A stretch of 64,000 nucleotides of DNA, taken from Muribaculaceae bacterium (GTDB lineage: Bacteria; Bacteroidota; Bacteroidia; Bacteroidales; Muribaculaceae). The stretch spans positions 42,901-106,900 of the forward strand of contig VSPG01000004.1 of the NCBI GenBank assembly GCA_009775265.1, written 5' to 3'. Below, piece after piece: positions 7,746 through 17,444 of the stretch. The position numbers and the translations under genes are program-made. The first letter of the stretch is position 1, and the number at the start of each line of letters is the position of its first letter. The notes beneath the pieces were generated by a model, which was not told where the DNA came from, made no database searches, and saw nothing but the letters and a program-made list of their open reading frames with translations.

Positions 7746-9890
7746 TTATTTCTTAATCAGACGAGCTACGCTACGGTTGCCGTTGTTGTCTACAACCTCT
7801 ACGAGGTAGAATCCGGCGGCGAGGTGAGCCACATCTACTGTTGCCTCGTTGGCTTTCACCATAAGCATGCCTGCGGAAGTGTAAACATTTACTGTGTTCA
7901 CATCCACACCTTCAACAGTGAAGTAGCTGTCGGCAGGATTCGGAGTAATGACTACGATGCTGTTGTCGGCAGTAACGTCGGATATACCACCCTGAGGCTT
8001 GTTGCCATAGAAGAATTTGACAAGAGAGCTTACGAGTTTGTTCGTATCGGCGTTTATAAATGCATAGTAGTATTCATTGTCGACCTCCAGACCTAAAGCA
8101 GCGGCAGTAACGCGCAAGTTTTCAATTTTCCATTCCTGCGATTCGCCGGGGTCAAGGCTTACGGTCATATTTGTAAACGTATTTACAATTTCGTATTCGC
8201 CATATACCTTCTTCAGGAATACGGGGGCTACGTGGCCGTAATAATATTCATCACTTTCGTTTACGAATTTAGCGCTTATGTCAATCTTATCACGGTTCTT
8301 GAACTGCTCGGGAATGCTCAGGTCAGTAACTTCAAAGCCTATAGCCACAGGGGTAAGTACGCCGAGGTTTACCGAAGTCTTCAGAGCATAGGCACGTGTC
8401 TGTCCATAAGGCATGCCCATGGGATAAGCGGTGTCGCCCACCTTGAACGCCGGTGTAAGGATGTAGGAGGAATTCTCCTTTATGCCGGACAGAAGCACAT
8501 TGTATGTCTTGGCGCCGTAGTTGGTGGCAAGGTCTTCCAGTACAGTCGAACTCCAGCGGTAGAAGCCTTCGCTGCCGTCGGTAGGTTGCACATGCAGACC
8601 GAATTTGGCAGTAACCGTCATATAGCTGCGGTTGTAGAAACCACCGCCATCATAAGTCACGGTAACCTCACGGCCGATATTAAACTCTCCGGGTTCAATG
8701 AGCAGGCCGGTACCCTGTGCAGTGAATGAAGGAACACCTACGCCACCGGCTTCAGGCTTGAAGTTGATGGTGATGTCCTGGCCGTAATTGAAACCGGCTC
8801 CGGAAGCCGCACCGCCGGCACCCTGTGTGTCGGGATCGAGCGCGTCAAGCAGGAAATAGCCGTCGCTTGTGCCGCCCCAGCCCCAGTTGATGTGGAAGTA
8901 GCCCTCTTTATCGTAGCCGTCGCACACGTAAGCATGGCCTTCATTGGAATATGTACGGCCGTCGTAAAGCACCGGGCCCACGGTCTTGAGCTGGTTGTAT
9001 ATGATTTCCTCCCATTCTCCGAGTGTGTAGCAATCGCGCTGGAGATATTCAACGGACTTGTCATAACCGAAATTGTTGACGATAGCGTCGCTCACCTTGA
9101 TAGTCTGAGCGCCGCTGCCACCACTTGCGGCAGTGCCATAGTTCATGTCGACTGCATAGCCTACCGCGCGCATCAGTTCGGCCACGGCCATCTGCTGTGC
9201 TTCCGTGCCCGGAGCAGCGGCAGTATAGCTGTCAAGCATGTCATCCCATTTCAGAGAAACGGTGGAAAGGTCAAGCTCGAGCTCGGTAGGAACACCGTCG
9301 ATGCTGCTCGTGTACTTAATCTTCCCTGTGGGATTTTCCTTAGGCCACTCAAAATATTTCATTACCTGCGATGCAGCCGTGGCCACACAGCCTGTATATG
9401 TGATTCCGCCACGCGAGCTCGTGGGGCAAAGTTTGTTATAGGGATTACCCTGATCCCATTTCGTTTCAAGCAACGGAGCTATCGGCTCGCGCTTGGGACG
9501 GGCGATACGCACAGGAGCACCCTCCGTGGCATTCTCGCGGGCATATGCTATCTGACGGGCGTATTCTCCTATCCAATATTTGAATGCAGGAGCCATATTG
9601 TCGGCATCAAAACTGCCGTTATCGGCATAGCCGAGCAGCGGGGTCACGGCATCATCGGCCGAAACCAGCAGGAAACCCTTGTTTTCTTTGGCGAAAACAT
9701 AGACGGCGGGGAGCTCGTCGGCCTCGGCAGTATAGGCCAATACGGGCTTCACAAGAGCCGGAGCTGCGTTTCGCGCCTGCGGCAAAGCGCGTCCGAGAGC
9801 TTCTTCAGGGCTCAGAACATCAGCCGATGCCGACACACCTGCAGCAGCTACCACAGCTGCCGCGATAAGGCGATGGGAAATCTTTTTCAT
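7746..9890 (-). CDS. C10-family cysteine peptidase (streptopain/PrtT-like) with N-terminal pro/inhibitor region and T9SS C-terminal sorting domain
   Basis: 714-aa ORF with a signal peptide. It has the WDQGNPYNKLCP and GCVATAASQVMKYFEWP Cys motif and the EGHAYVCDGYD His motif. The C-terminus (...FYLVEVVDNNGNRSVARLIKK) resembles a Por/T9SS CTD. Confidence 0.85.
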   Translation of the reverse strand: MKKISHRLIAAAVVAAAGVSASADVLSPEEALGRALPQARNAAPALVKPVLAYTAEADELPAVYVFAKENKGFLLVSADDAVTPLLGYADNGSFDADNMAPAFKYWIGEYARQIAYARENATEGAPVRIARPKREPIAPLLETKWDQGNPYNKLCPTSSRGGITYTGCVATAASQVMKYFEWPKENPTGKIKYTSSIDGVPTELELDLSTVSLKWDDMLDSYTAAAPGTEAQQMAVAELMRAVGYAVDMNYGTAASGGSGAQTIKVSDAIVNNFGYDKSVEYLQRDCYTLGEWEEIIYNQLKTVGPVLYDGRTYSNEGHAYVCDGYDKEGYFHINWGWGGTSDGYFLLDALDPDTQGAGGAASGAGFNYGQDITINFKPEAGGVGVPSFTAQGTGLLIEPGEFNIGREVTVTYDGGGFYNRSYMTVTAKFGLHVQPTDGSEGFYRWSSTVLEDLATNYGAKTYNVLLSGIKENSSYILTPAFKVGDTAYPMGMPYGQTRAYALKTSVNLGVLTPVAIGFEVTDLSIPEQFKNRDKIDISAKFVNESDEYYYGHVAPVFLKKVYGEYEIVNTFTNMTVSLDPGESQEWKIENLRVTAAALGLEVDNEYYYAFINADTNKLVSSLVKFFYGNKPQGGISDVTADNSIVVITPNPADSYFTVEGVDVNTVNVYTSAGMLMVKANEATVDVAHLAAGFYLVEVVDNNGNRSVARLIKK

Positions 9891-10004
9891 AAGCTGTACA
9901 TATTGAGTATTAATCTTTTAAGCGATACGAAACACTGCGAGATTTCGGCAAATTCATTTACCATCCCGCCTAAAATACGCCTTTTTTTCAAGGGGCGCAC
10001 GCCG

Positions 10005-10012
10005 CAAAATTA
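10005..10012 (-). promoter_or_regulatory. Candidate -7 box TAATTTTG (minus strand) for the C10 protease transcription unit
   Basis: Plus-strand CAAAATTA at 10005-10012, 115 nt upstream of the ATG at 9890. Confidence 0.35.
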
Positions 10013-10054
10013 GTGTTTTTGTATGAAATTATGAAATTTTTAGAGCAAAATTTG

Positions 10055-10062
10055 TAATTTTG
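10055..10062 (+). promoter_or_regulatory. Candidate -7 box TAATTTTG for the prolyl-oligopeptidase operon
   Basis: Exact TAnnTTTG match, 50 nt upstream of the ATG at 10112. Confidence 0.4.
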
Positions 10063-10111
10063 CATATAAATCCGCGACAAAAAGCGAATTTTAATTGTAA
10101 ATCCTCACGAC

Positions 10112-12250
10112 ATGACACGTGCACTTATCACTCTCTGCATCTCATCCATGACCATAAACGCCACAGCAAGCGGGCCAGAAGCTCCGTCGGCGTACCCTGT
10201 TGCGCCGGCCGACGGCACCGTCGACTCTTATTTCGGAACACAAGTCCCCGACCCTTTCCGACCTCTCGAAAACGACACTGCCGCAGCAACAACCGCATGG
10301 GTGGAAGCCGAGAACAGGCTTACACGCTCATACCTCGACGCCATACCGTTCCGCCTGGCGCTGCATCGCCGTCTCACAGTTCTCAACAATTACGAAAAGC
10401 GCGGACTTCCGTCGCGCGAGAATGACGGAAAATATTATTTTGCGCTCAACGACGGACTCCGCAACCAGGCCGCCATATACCGGTCCGACTCGCCTGACGG
10501 CGCAGGGGCAGAACTGTTTCTTGACCCCAACAGCCTCAGCGACGACGGCACGGTGGCTCTTACCGGCCTGTTCCAAAGCGCCGACGGACGATACACGGCT
10601 TACACCGTGTCGCGCAGCGGAAGCGACTGGACAGAGATATACGTCATGGACACCGCCACAGGCCGTCTGCTGCCCGACCATATAGAATGGGCTAAATTCA
10701 CCGGAGCGGCATGGCATGGCGACGGATTTTACTACAGCGCATATGCCCGGCCTGAAGCAGGCAAGGAGTTTTCCAACGCGAACGAATACCACAAAGTATA
10801 CTACCACCGCCTGGGCACTCCGCAGAGCGAGGACACCATCGCCTATGAAAATCCGGACGAACCGCTGCACTTCCACACAGCCGACGTAACCGAAGGCGAG
10901 CAATACCTCGTAGTGGCTGCTTCTGGCGCAGGCAACGGCAATGCCCTGTACGTAAAAGACCTTTCGCGTCCCGAAGCCGGATTCGTCACTATTGAGCCGT
11001 CGCAGGAACAAATAATAGACATTGCAGACGTACGCCACGACGGCACTCTGCTCGCATACACAGGCATAGATGCGCCCAACTACCGCCTTGTGGCCATAGA
11101 CCCGTCGCATCCCGGACGCGAACACTGGAAAGAAGTCGTGCCCGAGAAGAAAGACGCCGTGCTCAAAGACGTGCGCGTGTCGCAGTCCGACCTAATCCTT
11201 GTCTACGACAAAGACGCATCACACCACGCGTATATCATTTCCGACGGAACAGAGCCACATGAAATCAGCCTGCCAGGCTACGGCGCCATAGGCATATCGG
11301 CATCGAAAAAGAATCCGGAAATATTCTATAGCTTTACAAGCTTCACCACGCCCGGAGCCATATACAGCTACAACAAAGCCACAGGCGCATCAGCCTGCGT
11401 GCATGCTCCGGCCGTCAACGGAGTCAACCCCTCAGACTACGTGACCGAGCAAGTATTCTACACATCTGAAGACGGCACACGCGTGCCGATGTTCCTCACT
11501 TATAAAAAAGGGATCAGACGCGACGGTTCCAACCCCACGTATCTTTACGGCTACGGCGGCTTCAACGTAGCCTTGAATCCGAACTTCAACCCCAACCGCC
11601 TGCTATGGCTCGAGAATGGCGGGATATACGCACAAGCCAACCTGCGAGGAGGCTCCGAATACGGAGAGGCATGGCACGAAGCCGGCACAAAACAGAAAAA
11701 ACTCAACGTGTTCAACGACTTTATTGCTGCAGGAGAATGGCTTGTAGAGAACGGCTTCACCCGGCCCAGCCTGCTGACCATCGAAGGCGGCAGCAACGGC
11801 GGTCTCCTTGTCGGAGCATGCACAAACATGCGCCCCGACCTTTTCGCTGTGGCAATCCCGAGAGTAGGAGTGATGGATATGATGCGTTACCATCTGTTCA
11901 CCATAGGATGGAACTGGGCCCACGACTACGGCACATCTGCGGACTCGCCGGAAATGGCAGCTTACCTGCTCGGCTACTCGCCGCTCCACAACATACGCAG
12001 CGGAAGCACCCACTATCCGGCCATAATGGTGACCACCGCCGACCACGACGACCGCGTGGTTCCGGCCCACTCTTTCAAATACGCCGCCACCCTGCAGGCC
12101 TCCGATACCGGCAGCTGCCCGAAACTCATACGCATCGACTCCAAAGCGGGCCACGGCGCAGGCAAGCCGGTGTCGAAAGTAATCGACGAATGGGCCGACA
12201 TATACAGCTTCATATTCCACAACATTGGCATCGCACCCGCAGCTGAATGA
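10112..12250 (+). CDS. Prolyl oligopeptidase (S9A serine peptidase)
   Basis: 712-aa ORF with the N-terminal beta-propeller region DPFRPLEN...WVEAEN. It has the catalytic Ser motif GGSNGGLL and a C-terminal ADHDDRVVPAHSFK (Asp/His region). Confidence 0.9.
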   Translation: MTRALITLCISSMTINATASGPEAPSAYPVAPADGTVDSYFGTQVPDPFRPLENDTAAATTAWVEAENRLTRSYLDAIPFRLALHRRLTVLNNYEKRGLPSRENDGKYYFALNDGLRNQAAIYRSDSPDGAGAELFLDPNSLSDDGTVALTGLFQSADGRYTAYTVSRSGSDWTEIYVMDTATGRLLPDHIEWAKFTGAAWHGDGFYYSAYARPEAGKEFSNANEYHKVYYHRLGTPQSEDTIAYENPDEPLHFHTADVTEGEQYLVVAASGAGNGNALYVKDLSRPEAGFVTIEPSQEQIIDIADVRHDGTLLAYTGIDAPNYRLVAIDPSHPGREHWKEVVPEKKDAVLKDVRVSQSDLILVYDKDASHHAYIISDGTEPHEISLPGYGAIGISASKKNPEIFYSFTSFTTPGAIYSYNKATGASACVHAPAVNGVNPSDYVTEQVFYTSEDGTRVPMFLTYKKGIRRDGSNPTYLYGYGGFNVALNPNFNPNRLLWLENGGIYAQANLRGGSEYGEAWHEAGTKQKKLNVFNDFIAAGEWLVENGFTRPSLLTIEGGSNGGLLVGACTNMRPDLFAVAIPRVGVMDMMRYHLFTIGWNWAHDYGTSADSPEMAAYLLGYSPLHNIRSGSTHYPAIMVTTADHDDRVVPAHSFKYAATLQASDTGSCPKLIRIDSKAGHGAGKPVSKVIDEWADIYSFIFHNIGIAPAAE

Positions 12251-13170
12251 AACACCCTGCCATAATTGCCGCTGCACTCACAGCCATAGCGCTCCACAGC
12301 TGTTTCACAGGCATTGAAAGCACGCCGCGTATAACAGCCGGGGAAGTGCGGCGCCAATCTGCCGCAAAACCCACACCGGAAATGCTGTTTCTGGCCGACA
12401 TACTCCCCGAGCCGCCGGCAGAATGGAACACCGGCAAACGCTTTTACGTATCCGACAACCGCATAGCCAAATTGTTCTCATACACTGATGGACGCTCCGA
12501 CAGTCTCGCCGGAACCGACCTTATATATGCAGGACGTTCAGGAGCGCCGTCCCTCACAGGCGAAGGAGCTACGGAAATCGACCTCGTGACATGGCGTGGA
12601 GACACCCTGCAGTATCGCATTGACGCATCGCCGGAAAACATCGCAGCACGGCCGCGTCTCGAGATACCATTCACCATCGAGCGCGCACCGGTAGAACGTG
12701 CCGACAGCATGATGCGCGGACACATATATTATATAAGCACCCCTCTGTGGCGCACCGTCGACGGGCGCAGCCGCCCGGGACTGCGCCACGTGCCCGTAAG
12801 CATAGAGCGCGTCGAACCTGGCATCGACGGAATATATCCGGCCGCCGTAATATTCTCGCACGAAGGCGACACAGCCATGGTGATGATGAGCCTCGGCGGT
12901 ACAGCCGGCACGCCGCGCAGCTTCGCTTCGCTGTTCTCGTTCACTAACCCTCGCGACGCATTTCCGCACATATCCGACGAAGTGTGGCAACTCATAGTAC
13001 ACTCCCGCGTGCAGCACGCCATGACACGCGACGAATGCAGGCTCGCCCTCGGAACGCCGACACGAACAGAGCAGATACCCACCACGGCAGGGATGGTGGA
13101 GCGATGGAGCTACGGCGACGGAATATATCTTATTTTTGAAGACGGAGCCCTTACATCCTACAGACTATGA
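12247..13170 (+). CDS. Hypothetical lipoprotein
   Basis: 307-aa ORF with a lipoprotein signal (MKHPAIIAAALTAIALHSC). The start overlaps the upstream stop (ATGA at 12247-12250) and the stop overlaps the next start (ATGA at 13167-13170). The C-terminal stretch (VQHAMTRDECRLALGTP...WSYGDGIYLIFEDG) faintly resembles a BamE/SmpA-like fold. Confidence 0.6.
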   Translation: MKHPAIIAAALTAIALHSCFTGIESTPRITAGEVRRQSAAKPTPEMLFLADILPEPPAEWNTGKRFYVSDNRIAKLFSYTDGRSDSLAGTDLIYAGRSGAPSLTGEGATEIDLVTWRGDTLQYRIDASPENIAARPRLEIPFTIERAPVERADSMMRGHIYYISTPLWRTVDGRSRPGLRHVPVSIERVEPGIDGIYPAAVIFSHEGDTAMVMMSLGGTAGTPRSFASLFSFTNPRDAFPHISDEVWQLIVHSRVQHAMTRDECRLALGTPTRTEQIPTTAGMVERWSYGDGIYLIFEDGALTSYRL

Positions 13171-13925
13171 AACTCACATTTCTCGGCACAGGCACATCGA
13201 CAGGAGTCCCCCAGCTTCGTTGCGGCTGCCCCACATGCCGCTCCGACGACCCGCGCGACAAACGCCTGCGCGCCTCCGTACTTGTGGAAACCGGCGGCCG
13301 GCGCCTGCTCATAGACTGCGGACCTGATTTCCGCGAGCAGATGCTGCGGGAGGGCTCGCCTGACATAGACGCACTGCTGCTCACCCACATACACTACGAC
13401 CACGTCGGCGGAATCGACGATTTGCGTCCGTGGTGCCGCCACGGACACCACTTCGACATCCACTGCACGGCAGACGTAGAAAGCGATTTGCGCGCGCGGT
13501 TGCCGTATTGCTTCACAGAGCATCCCTACCCCGGAGTGCCGTCTTTCAGAATGCTGCGTATCCATCCCGAGAACGACTTTATCGCCGCAGGCATAAACGT
13601 GACACCACTTCCCGTGATGCACTACCGCCTCCCTATAATCGGCTTCCGCATCGGAGACACCGCCTATATCACCGATGCCAAAACCGTGCCCGAAAGCACG
13701 CTGCTGCGTCTGCGCGGCCTTGACACACTCGTAGTGAACGCCCTTCGCCCAGCCGAACACCTGTCGCACATGAACCTCGAACAGGCCGTGGCATTAGCAT
13801 CAAGAGTGGGAGCGCGGCGCACATTGTTCACCCATATAAGCCACGACATGCCGCCGCATGCTTCTGTGTCATTGCCTCATGGCATATCGCTCGCATACGA
13901 CGGCCTAACCGTAGAAACGACATGA
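13167..13925 (+). CDS. MBL-fold metallo-hydrolase (PhnP-like)
   Basis: 252-aa ORF. It starts MKLTFLGTGTSTGVPQLRCGCPTC and carries the HxHxDH motif (LTHIHYDHVGG). Confidence 0.8.
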   Translation: MKLTFLGTGTSTGVPQLRCGCPTCRSDDPRDKRLRASVLVETGGRRLLIDCGPDFREQMLREGSPDIDALLLTHIHYDHVGGIDDLRPWCRHGHHFDIHCTADVESDLRARLPYCFTEHPYPGVPSFRMLRIHPENDFIAAGINVTPLPVMHYRLPIIGFRIGDTAYITDAKTVPESTLLRLRGLDTLVVNALRPAEHLSHMNLEQAVALASRVGARRTLFTHISHDMPPHASVSLPHGISLAYDGLTVETT

Positions 13926-15691
13926 CGCCGGGTCAGCTATGGCAAAAATTTGCCACCCCTATTCGGCGCGAATGGCCGATGCTTGCGGCATGCACCCTAT
14001 TCCTTGCCCCTGTCTGCTTCATAGGCCTGCTAAAACAGGCGGCAGGTTTCGACGCAGCCATAGCGCTACGCGACGCCGCAGGCCTGCTGAGAGCCTTGTT
14101 TTGTGCTTATATCCTTACTGCAATAGCCTCAGCATCCGGAAGCGTCGCAATAAAATGGACAATATATACCATTACATTAGTGTACTGCATATTAGCTGCA
14201 ACCGCCTACTATATGTTCGGCATGGACATATCGCCACGTATGTTCACGCTCCTTGCCGAGACCGGCAAAGCCGAAACCGCAAGCTTCTTCAAAAGCTTCA
14301 TAGGTCTTGAAATGGCAGCCAGTGCTGCCGCTTGCATTTTCGGCATTATAACATTCGCCGTGGTCGAGCGTCATATCAGAAGACCTGCCGGAGCATTCGC
14401 CACATCAGCGGTTTCTGTGCTTGTCATAGCCGGAGGCATATTGTTTACAGAAAAAACCGCGACCGTCATGCGGGCTAACGATTCACGACAAATCGAAGCC
14501 TGCTTTCCTGGTTACCATTCCGACAATCCTACAAAAACCTTCTACTCGCTGCACGCTGTGTCACTGATGTCCGACGAAAACGCCCGATGGACAAAGCGCC
14601 TGCTCGCCGATGCGGCAGACCATGCCTTAGCCACGGACACTATTCCGGGCGACACACTCGACATAGTGCTCATCATAGGCGAATCCCACATCCGCAATCA
14701 TTCGCAACTCTATGGCTACCCGTTGTCCGTGACTCCGTTCCAGACGGCCGAAGCACGCGCGGGAAGGCTTGTGGCATTTGATTCCGTCACTGCTGTTTCG
14801 CGTTACACTTCCGGCGTAATGCGTTCGGCGCTTTCGCTGGCCTCCCACCTCGACGGAGAAGCTCCCGCAGACGGAGCCTTCCTCCCGCTGCTTTTCAAAA
14901 AAGCCGGATGGGAAGTATACTTCCTTGACAACCAGCATGCGGGCGACGACGTAATCAGCAGCTACACTCTAAACGGATTTCTTTACAACGACGCGGCCAT
15001 GAGACACGCGTATACCTATACATCCACATATAGCAACCCGCATGACGACCTGGACTTCGTACGACACGAGCAAGCCGCAACTGCCCAAGAAAGCCGTCAG
15101 CATGCAAAAAGGCTATGGATATACCACCTTTGGGGACAGCACCTCGACCCGGCCGACCGCTACCCCGGCACCGATTCGTGCCGTGTGTTCGGAAAAGGCC
15201 ACTACGGTTTTCGCAGAGAGCCATGGCTCTCTGCCGCAACGCGGCAGAAAATCGCCGACTATGACAATGCCACGCTTCACAACGACCGCACCATCAAAGC
15301 CATACTCACAGCCCACAAAAACCGCCCCACAATAGCCATCTACTTTTCCGACCATGGAGAAGAAGTGTATGATTTCCGCAACGCATACGGCCGTATAGGC
15401 GCACACGACAGCATGTCAGACCGCACCGCCATAAAAAAATATATCGACGCCCTCTATGGCGTACCGTTCGAGATATGGTGCTCCGACGCATACATCGCCC
15501 GTCATCCCGGCGCATTGGAATCCATAAAAAGACATATCATGAGACCTGCCACCACAGACCTCGTAGGCCACACCCTGCTGAATCTGTCAGGAATCAGTTC
15601 GCCGGCATACCGCCCGGACCTTGACATGTTAAACCCCGCCTACAGACCCCGGCACGGCATGACGCCATCCCGTCTCGGACAAGCAGAATAA
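13922..15691 (+). CDS. Membrane-anchored sulfatase-fold enzyme, phosphoethanolamine-transferase-like
   Basis: 589-aa ORF with about 5 N-terminal TM helices, then an alkaline-phosphatase/sulfatase-type domain (LDIVLIIGESHIRNH..., FSDHGEE). Confidence 0.7.
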   Translation: MTPGQLWQKFATPIRREWPMLAACTLFLAPVCFIGLLKQAAGFDAAIALRDAAGLLRALFCAYILTAIASASGSVAIKWTIYTITLVYCILAATAYYMFGMDISPRMFTLLAETGKAETASFFKSFIGLEMAASAAACIFGIITFAVVERHIRRPAGAFATSAVSVLVIAGGILFTEKTATVMRANDSRQIEACFPGYHSDNPTKTFYSLHAVSLMSDENARWTKRLLADAADHALATDTIPGDTLDIVLIIGESHIRNHSQLYGYPLSVTPFQTAEARAGRLVAFDSVTAVSRYTSGVMRSALSLASHLDGEAPADGAFLPLLFKKAGWEVYFLDNQHAGDDVISSYTLNGFLYNDAAMRHAYTYTSTYSNPHDDLDFVRHEQAATAQESRQHAKRLWIYHLWGQHLDPADRYPGTDSCRVFGKGHYGFRREPWLSAATRQKIADYDNATLHNDRTIKAILTAHKNRPTIAIYFSDHGEEVYDFRNAYGRIGAHDSMSDRTAIKKYIDALYGVPFEIWCSDAYIARHPGALESIKRHIMRPATTDLVGHTLLNLSGISSPAYRPDLDMLNPAYRPRHGMTPSRLGQAE

Positions 15692-15756
15692 ACGGAGCCC
15701 GATGCGGCCGACTTCAATTTGTTGCCGAAAAATTTCCGTAATTCACTTTTATTCGC

Positions 15757-15764
15757 TAACTTTG
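15757..15764 (+). promoter_or_regulatory. Candidate -7 box TAACTTTG for acpP-fabF
   Basis: Exact TAnnTTTG match, 46 nt upstream of the acpP ATG. Confidence 0.45.
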
Positions 15765-15810
15765 CGCCCTGAAACTGAAAAATTTCACTAATCATTTAAA
15801 TATTACAACT

Positions 15811-16044
15811 ATGTCTGAAATTGCAGATCGCGTAAAAGCAATCATCGTCGACAAGCTCGGCGTAGACGAAGGTCAGGTAACCGAAACCGCAGCATTCACC
15901 ACCGATCTTGGCGCTGATTCGCTCGACACCGTAGAACTCATCATGGAATTCGAGAAAGAGTTCGGCATCACCATCCCCGACGACCAGGCTGAAAAAATCG
16001 CTACCGTCGGCGACGCCGTTGCTTACATCGAAGCAAACAAATAA
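15811..16044 (+). CDS. acpP: Acyl carrier protein
   Basis: 77-aa ORF with the phosphopantetheine attachment motif [16 protein letters not shown]. Confidence 0.95.
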   Translation: MSEIADRVKAIIVDKLGVDEGQVTETAAFTTDLGADSLDTVELIMEFEKEFGITIPDDQAEKIATVGDAVAYIEANK

Positions 16045-16061
16045 AAAACCCTCCCCTATTC

Positions 16062-16082
16062 CCGACGCCGAGCAGGCGTCGG
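16062..16082 (+). other. Hairpin between acpP and fabF (possible partial terminator or processing site)
   Basis: CCGACGCC (16062-16069) pairs with GGCGTCGG (16075-16082) around a 5-nt loop. No U-tract follows. Confidence 0.35.
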
Positions 16083-16110
16083 TGCGTGAGCTAAAAACAC
16101 ATTATTTCAA

Positions 16111-17376
16111 ATGGAATTAAAAAGAGTTGTCGTAACCGGTCTCGGCGCCATTTCCCCCATCGGCAACGACGTGGCCACAACGTGGCACAACGCCGTAGAG
16201 GGCAAAAGCGGCGCAGGCCCTATTACACACTTTGACGCCTCCAAGTTCAAAACGCAGTTTGCCTGCGAAGTAAAGGACTACGACCCCGCAGCCCACTTCG
16301 ATCGCAAAAAGCTGCGCCAGCTCGACCTGTACGCTCAGTATGCAATTGTTGCAGCTCGTCAGGCCGTAGCCGACGCCGGACTCGAGAGCGACGAAAGTCT
16401 CAATAAAAACCGCGTAGGCGTAATCGTTGCCGCCGGTATAGGCGGCCTCCACACTTTCGAGGAAGAAGCGGGCTATTATGCCCTCAACGAAGCCAACGGT
16501 CCCAAGTACAACCCGTTCTTCATTCCCAAGATGATTGCCGACATCGCCTCGGGCCACATTTCCATGGAATATGGCTACCATGGCCCCAACTTCGGCACAG
16601 TGTCGGCTTGCGCATCGTCCAACAACGCCATCATCGACGCTTTCAACCTCATACGCCTCGGCAAGGCCGACGTCATCCTCAGCGGTGGCGCGGAAGCAGC
16701 CATCTACCCTGCAGGCGTCGGCGGTTTCAACTCGATGCACGCTCTGTCAACCCGAAACGACAGCCCCGAAACGGCTTCGCGCCCATTCAGTGCCAGCCGC
16801 GACGGCTTCGTGATGGGAGAAGGTTCGGCTGTACTTGTGCTTGAGGAGCTCGAACATGCTTTGGCCCGTGGAGCGAAAATCTATGCCGAAGTGGCGGGCG
16901 GAGGCCTCTCTGCCGACGCATACCACCTGACGGCCACCCACCCCGAAGGCCTTGGCGCAATACTCGCCATGACCAACGCTCTCGAGGATGCCGGAATGCA
17001 GCCCGAAGATATTGACTACATCAATGTCCATGGCACATCCACCCCCGTAGGCGACATCTCCGAGGTGAAAGCCATCAAGGAAGTGTTCGGCGAACATGCC
17101 TACAAACTCAACATCTCGTCCACCAAGTCGATGACCGGACACCTTCTCGGTGCTACCGGCGCACTTGAGGCCATGTTCAGCGTGAAGGCCGTGCAGGAGG
17201 ATATTGTTCCTCCCACTATCAACCACATGCCCGACGACCTCGACGAAAACATCGACTACAACCTCAACTTCACATTTGACCGCGCACAGAACCGTCCGGT
17301 TCGCGCCGCCCTGTCCAACTCTTTCGGTTTCGGCGGCCACAATGCCACCGTCATTGTGAAAAAATTCGAGAAATAA
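16111..17376 (+). CDS. fabF: 3-oxoacyl-ACP synthase II
   Basis: 421-aa ORF with the active-site Cys motif VSACASSNNAI, the His motifs NVHGTSTPVGD and KSMTGHLLGATG, and a C-terminal NSFGFGGHN. Confidence 0.95.
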   Translation: MELKRVVVTGLGAISPIGNDVATTWHNAVEGKSGAGPITHFDASKFKTQFACEVKDYDPAAHFDRKKLRQLDLYAQYAIVAARQAVADAGLESDESLNKNRVGVIVAAGIGGLHTFEEEAGYYALNEANGPKYNPFFIPKMIADIASGHISMEYGYHGPNFGTVSACASSNNAIIDAFNLIRLGKADVILSGGAEAAIYPAGVGGFNSMHALSTRNDSPETASRPFSASRDGFVMGEGSAVLVLEELEHALARGAKIYAEVAGGGLSADAYHLTATHPEGLGAILAMTNALEDAGMQPEDIDYINVHGTSTPVGDISEVKAIKEVFGEHAYKLNISSTKSMTGHLLGATGALEAMFSVKAVQEDIVPPTINHMPDDLDENIDYNLNFTFDRAQNRPVRAALSNSFGFGGHNATVIVKKFEK

Positions 17377-17404
17377 GCCGTAGGCTAAACAAAAACCATT
17401 ACTT

Positions 17405-17441
17405 GCGGGTGCGACAAAACGACGTCGCGCCCGCTCTTTTT
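17405..17441 (+). terminator. Intrinsic terminator after fabF, shared with convergent pncB
   Basis: 11-bp stem: GCGGGTGCGAC (17405-17415) pairs with GTCGCGCCCGC (17424-17434), with one G-U pair. It is followed by TCTTTTT. Confidence 0.6.
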
Positions 17442-17444
17442 ATC

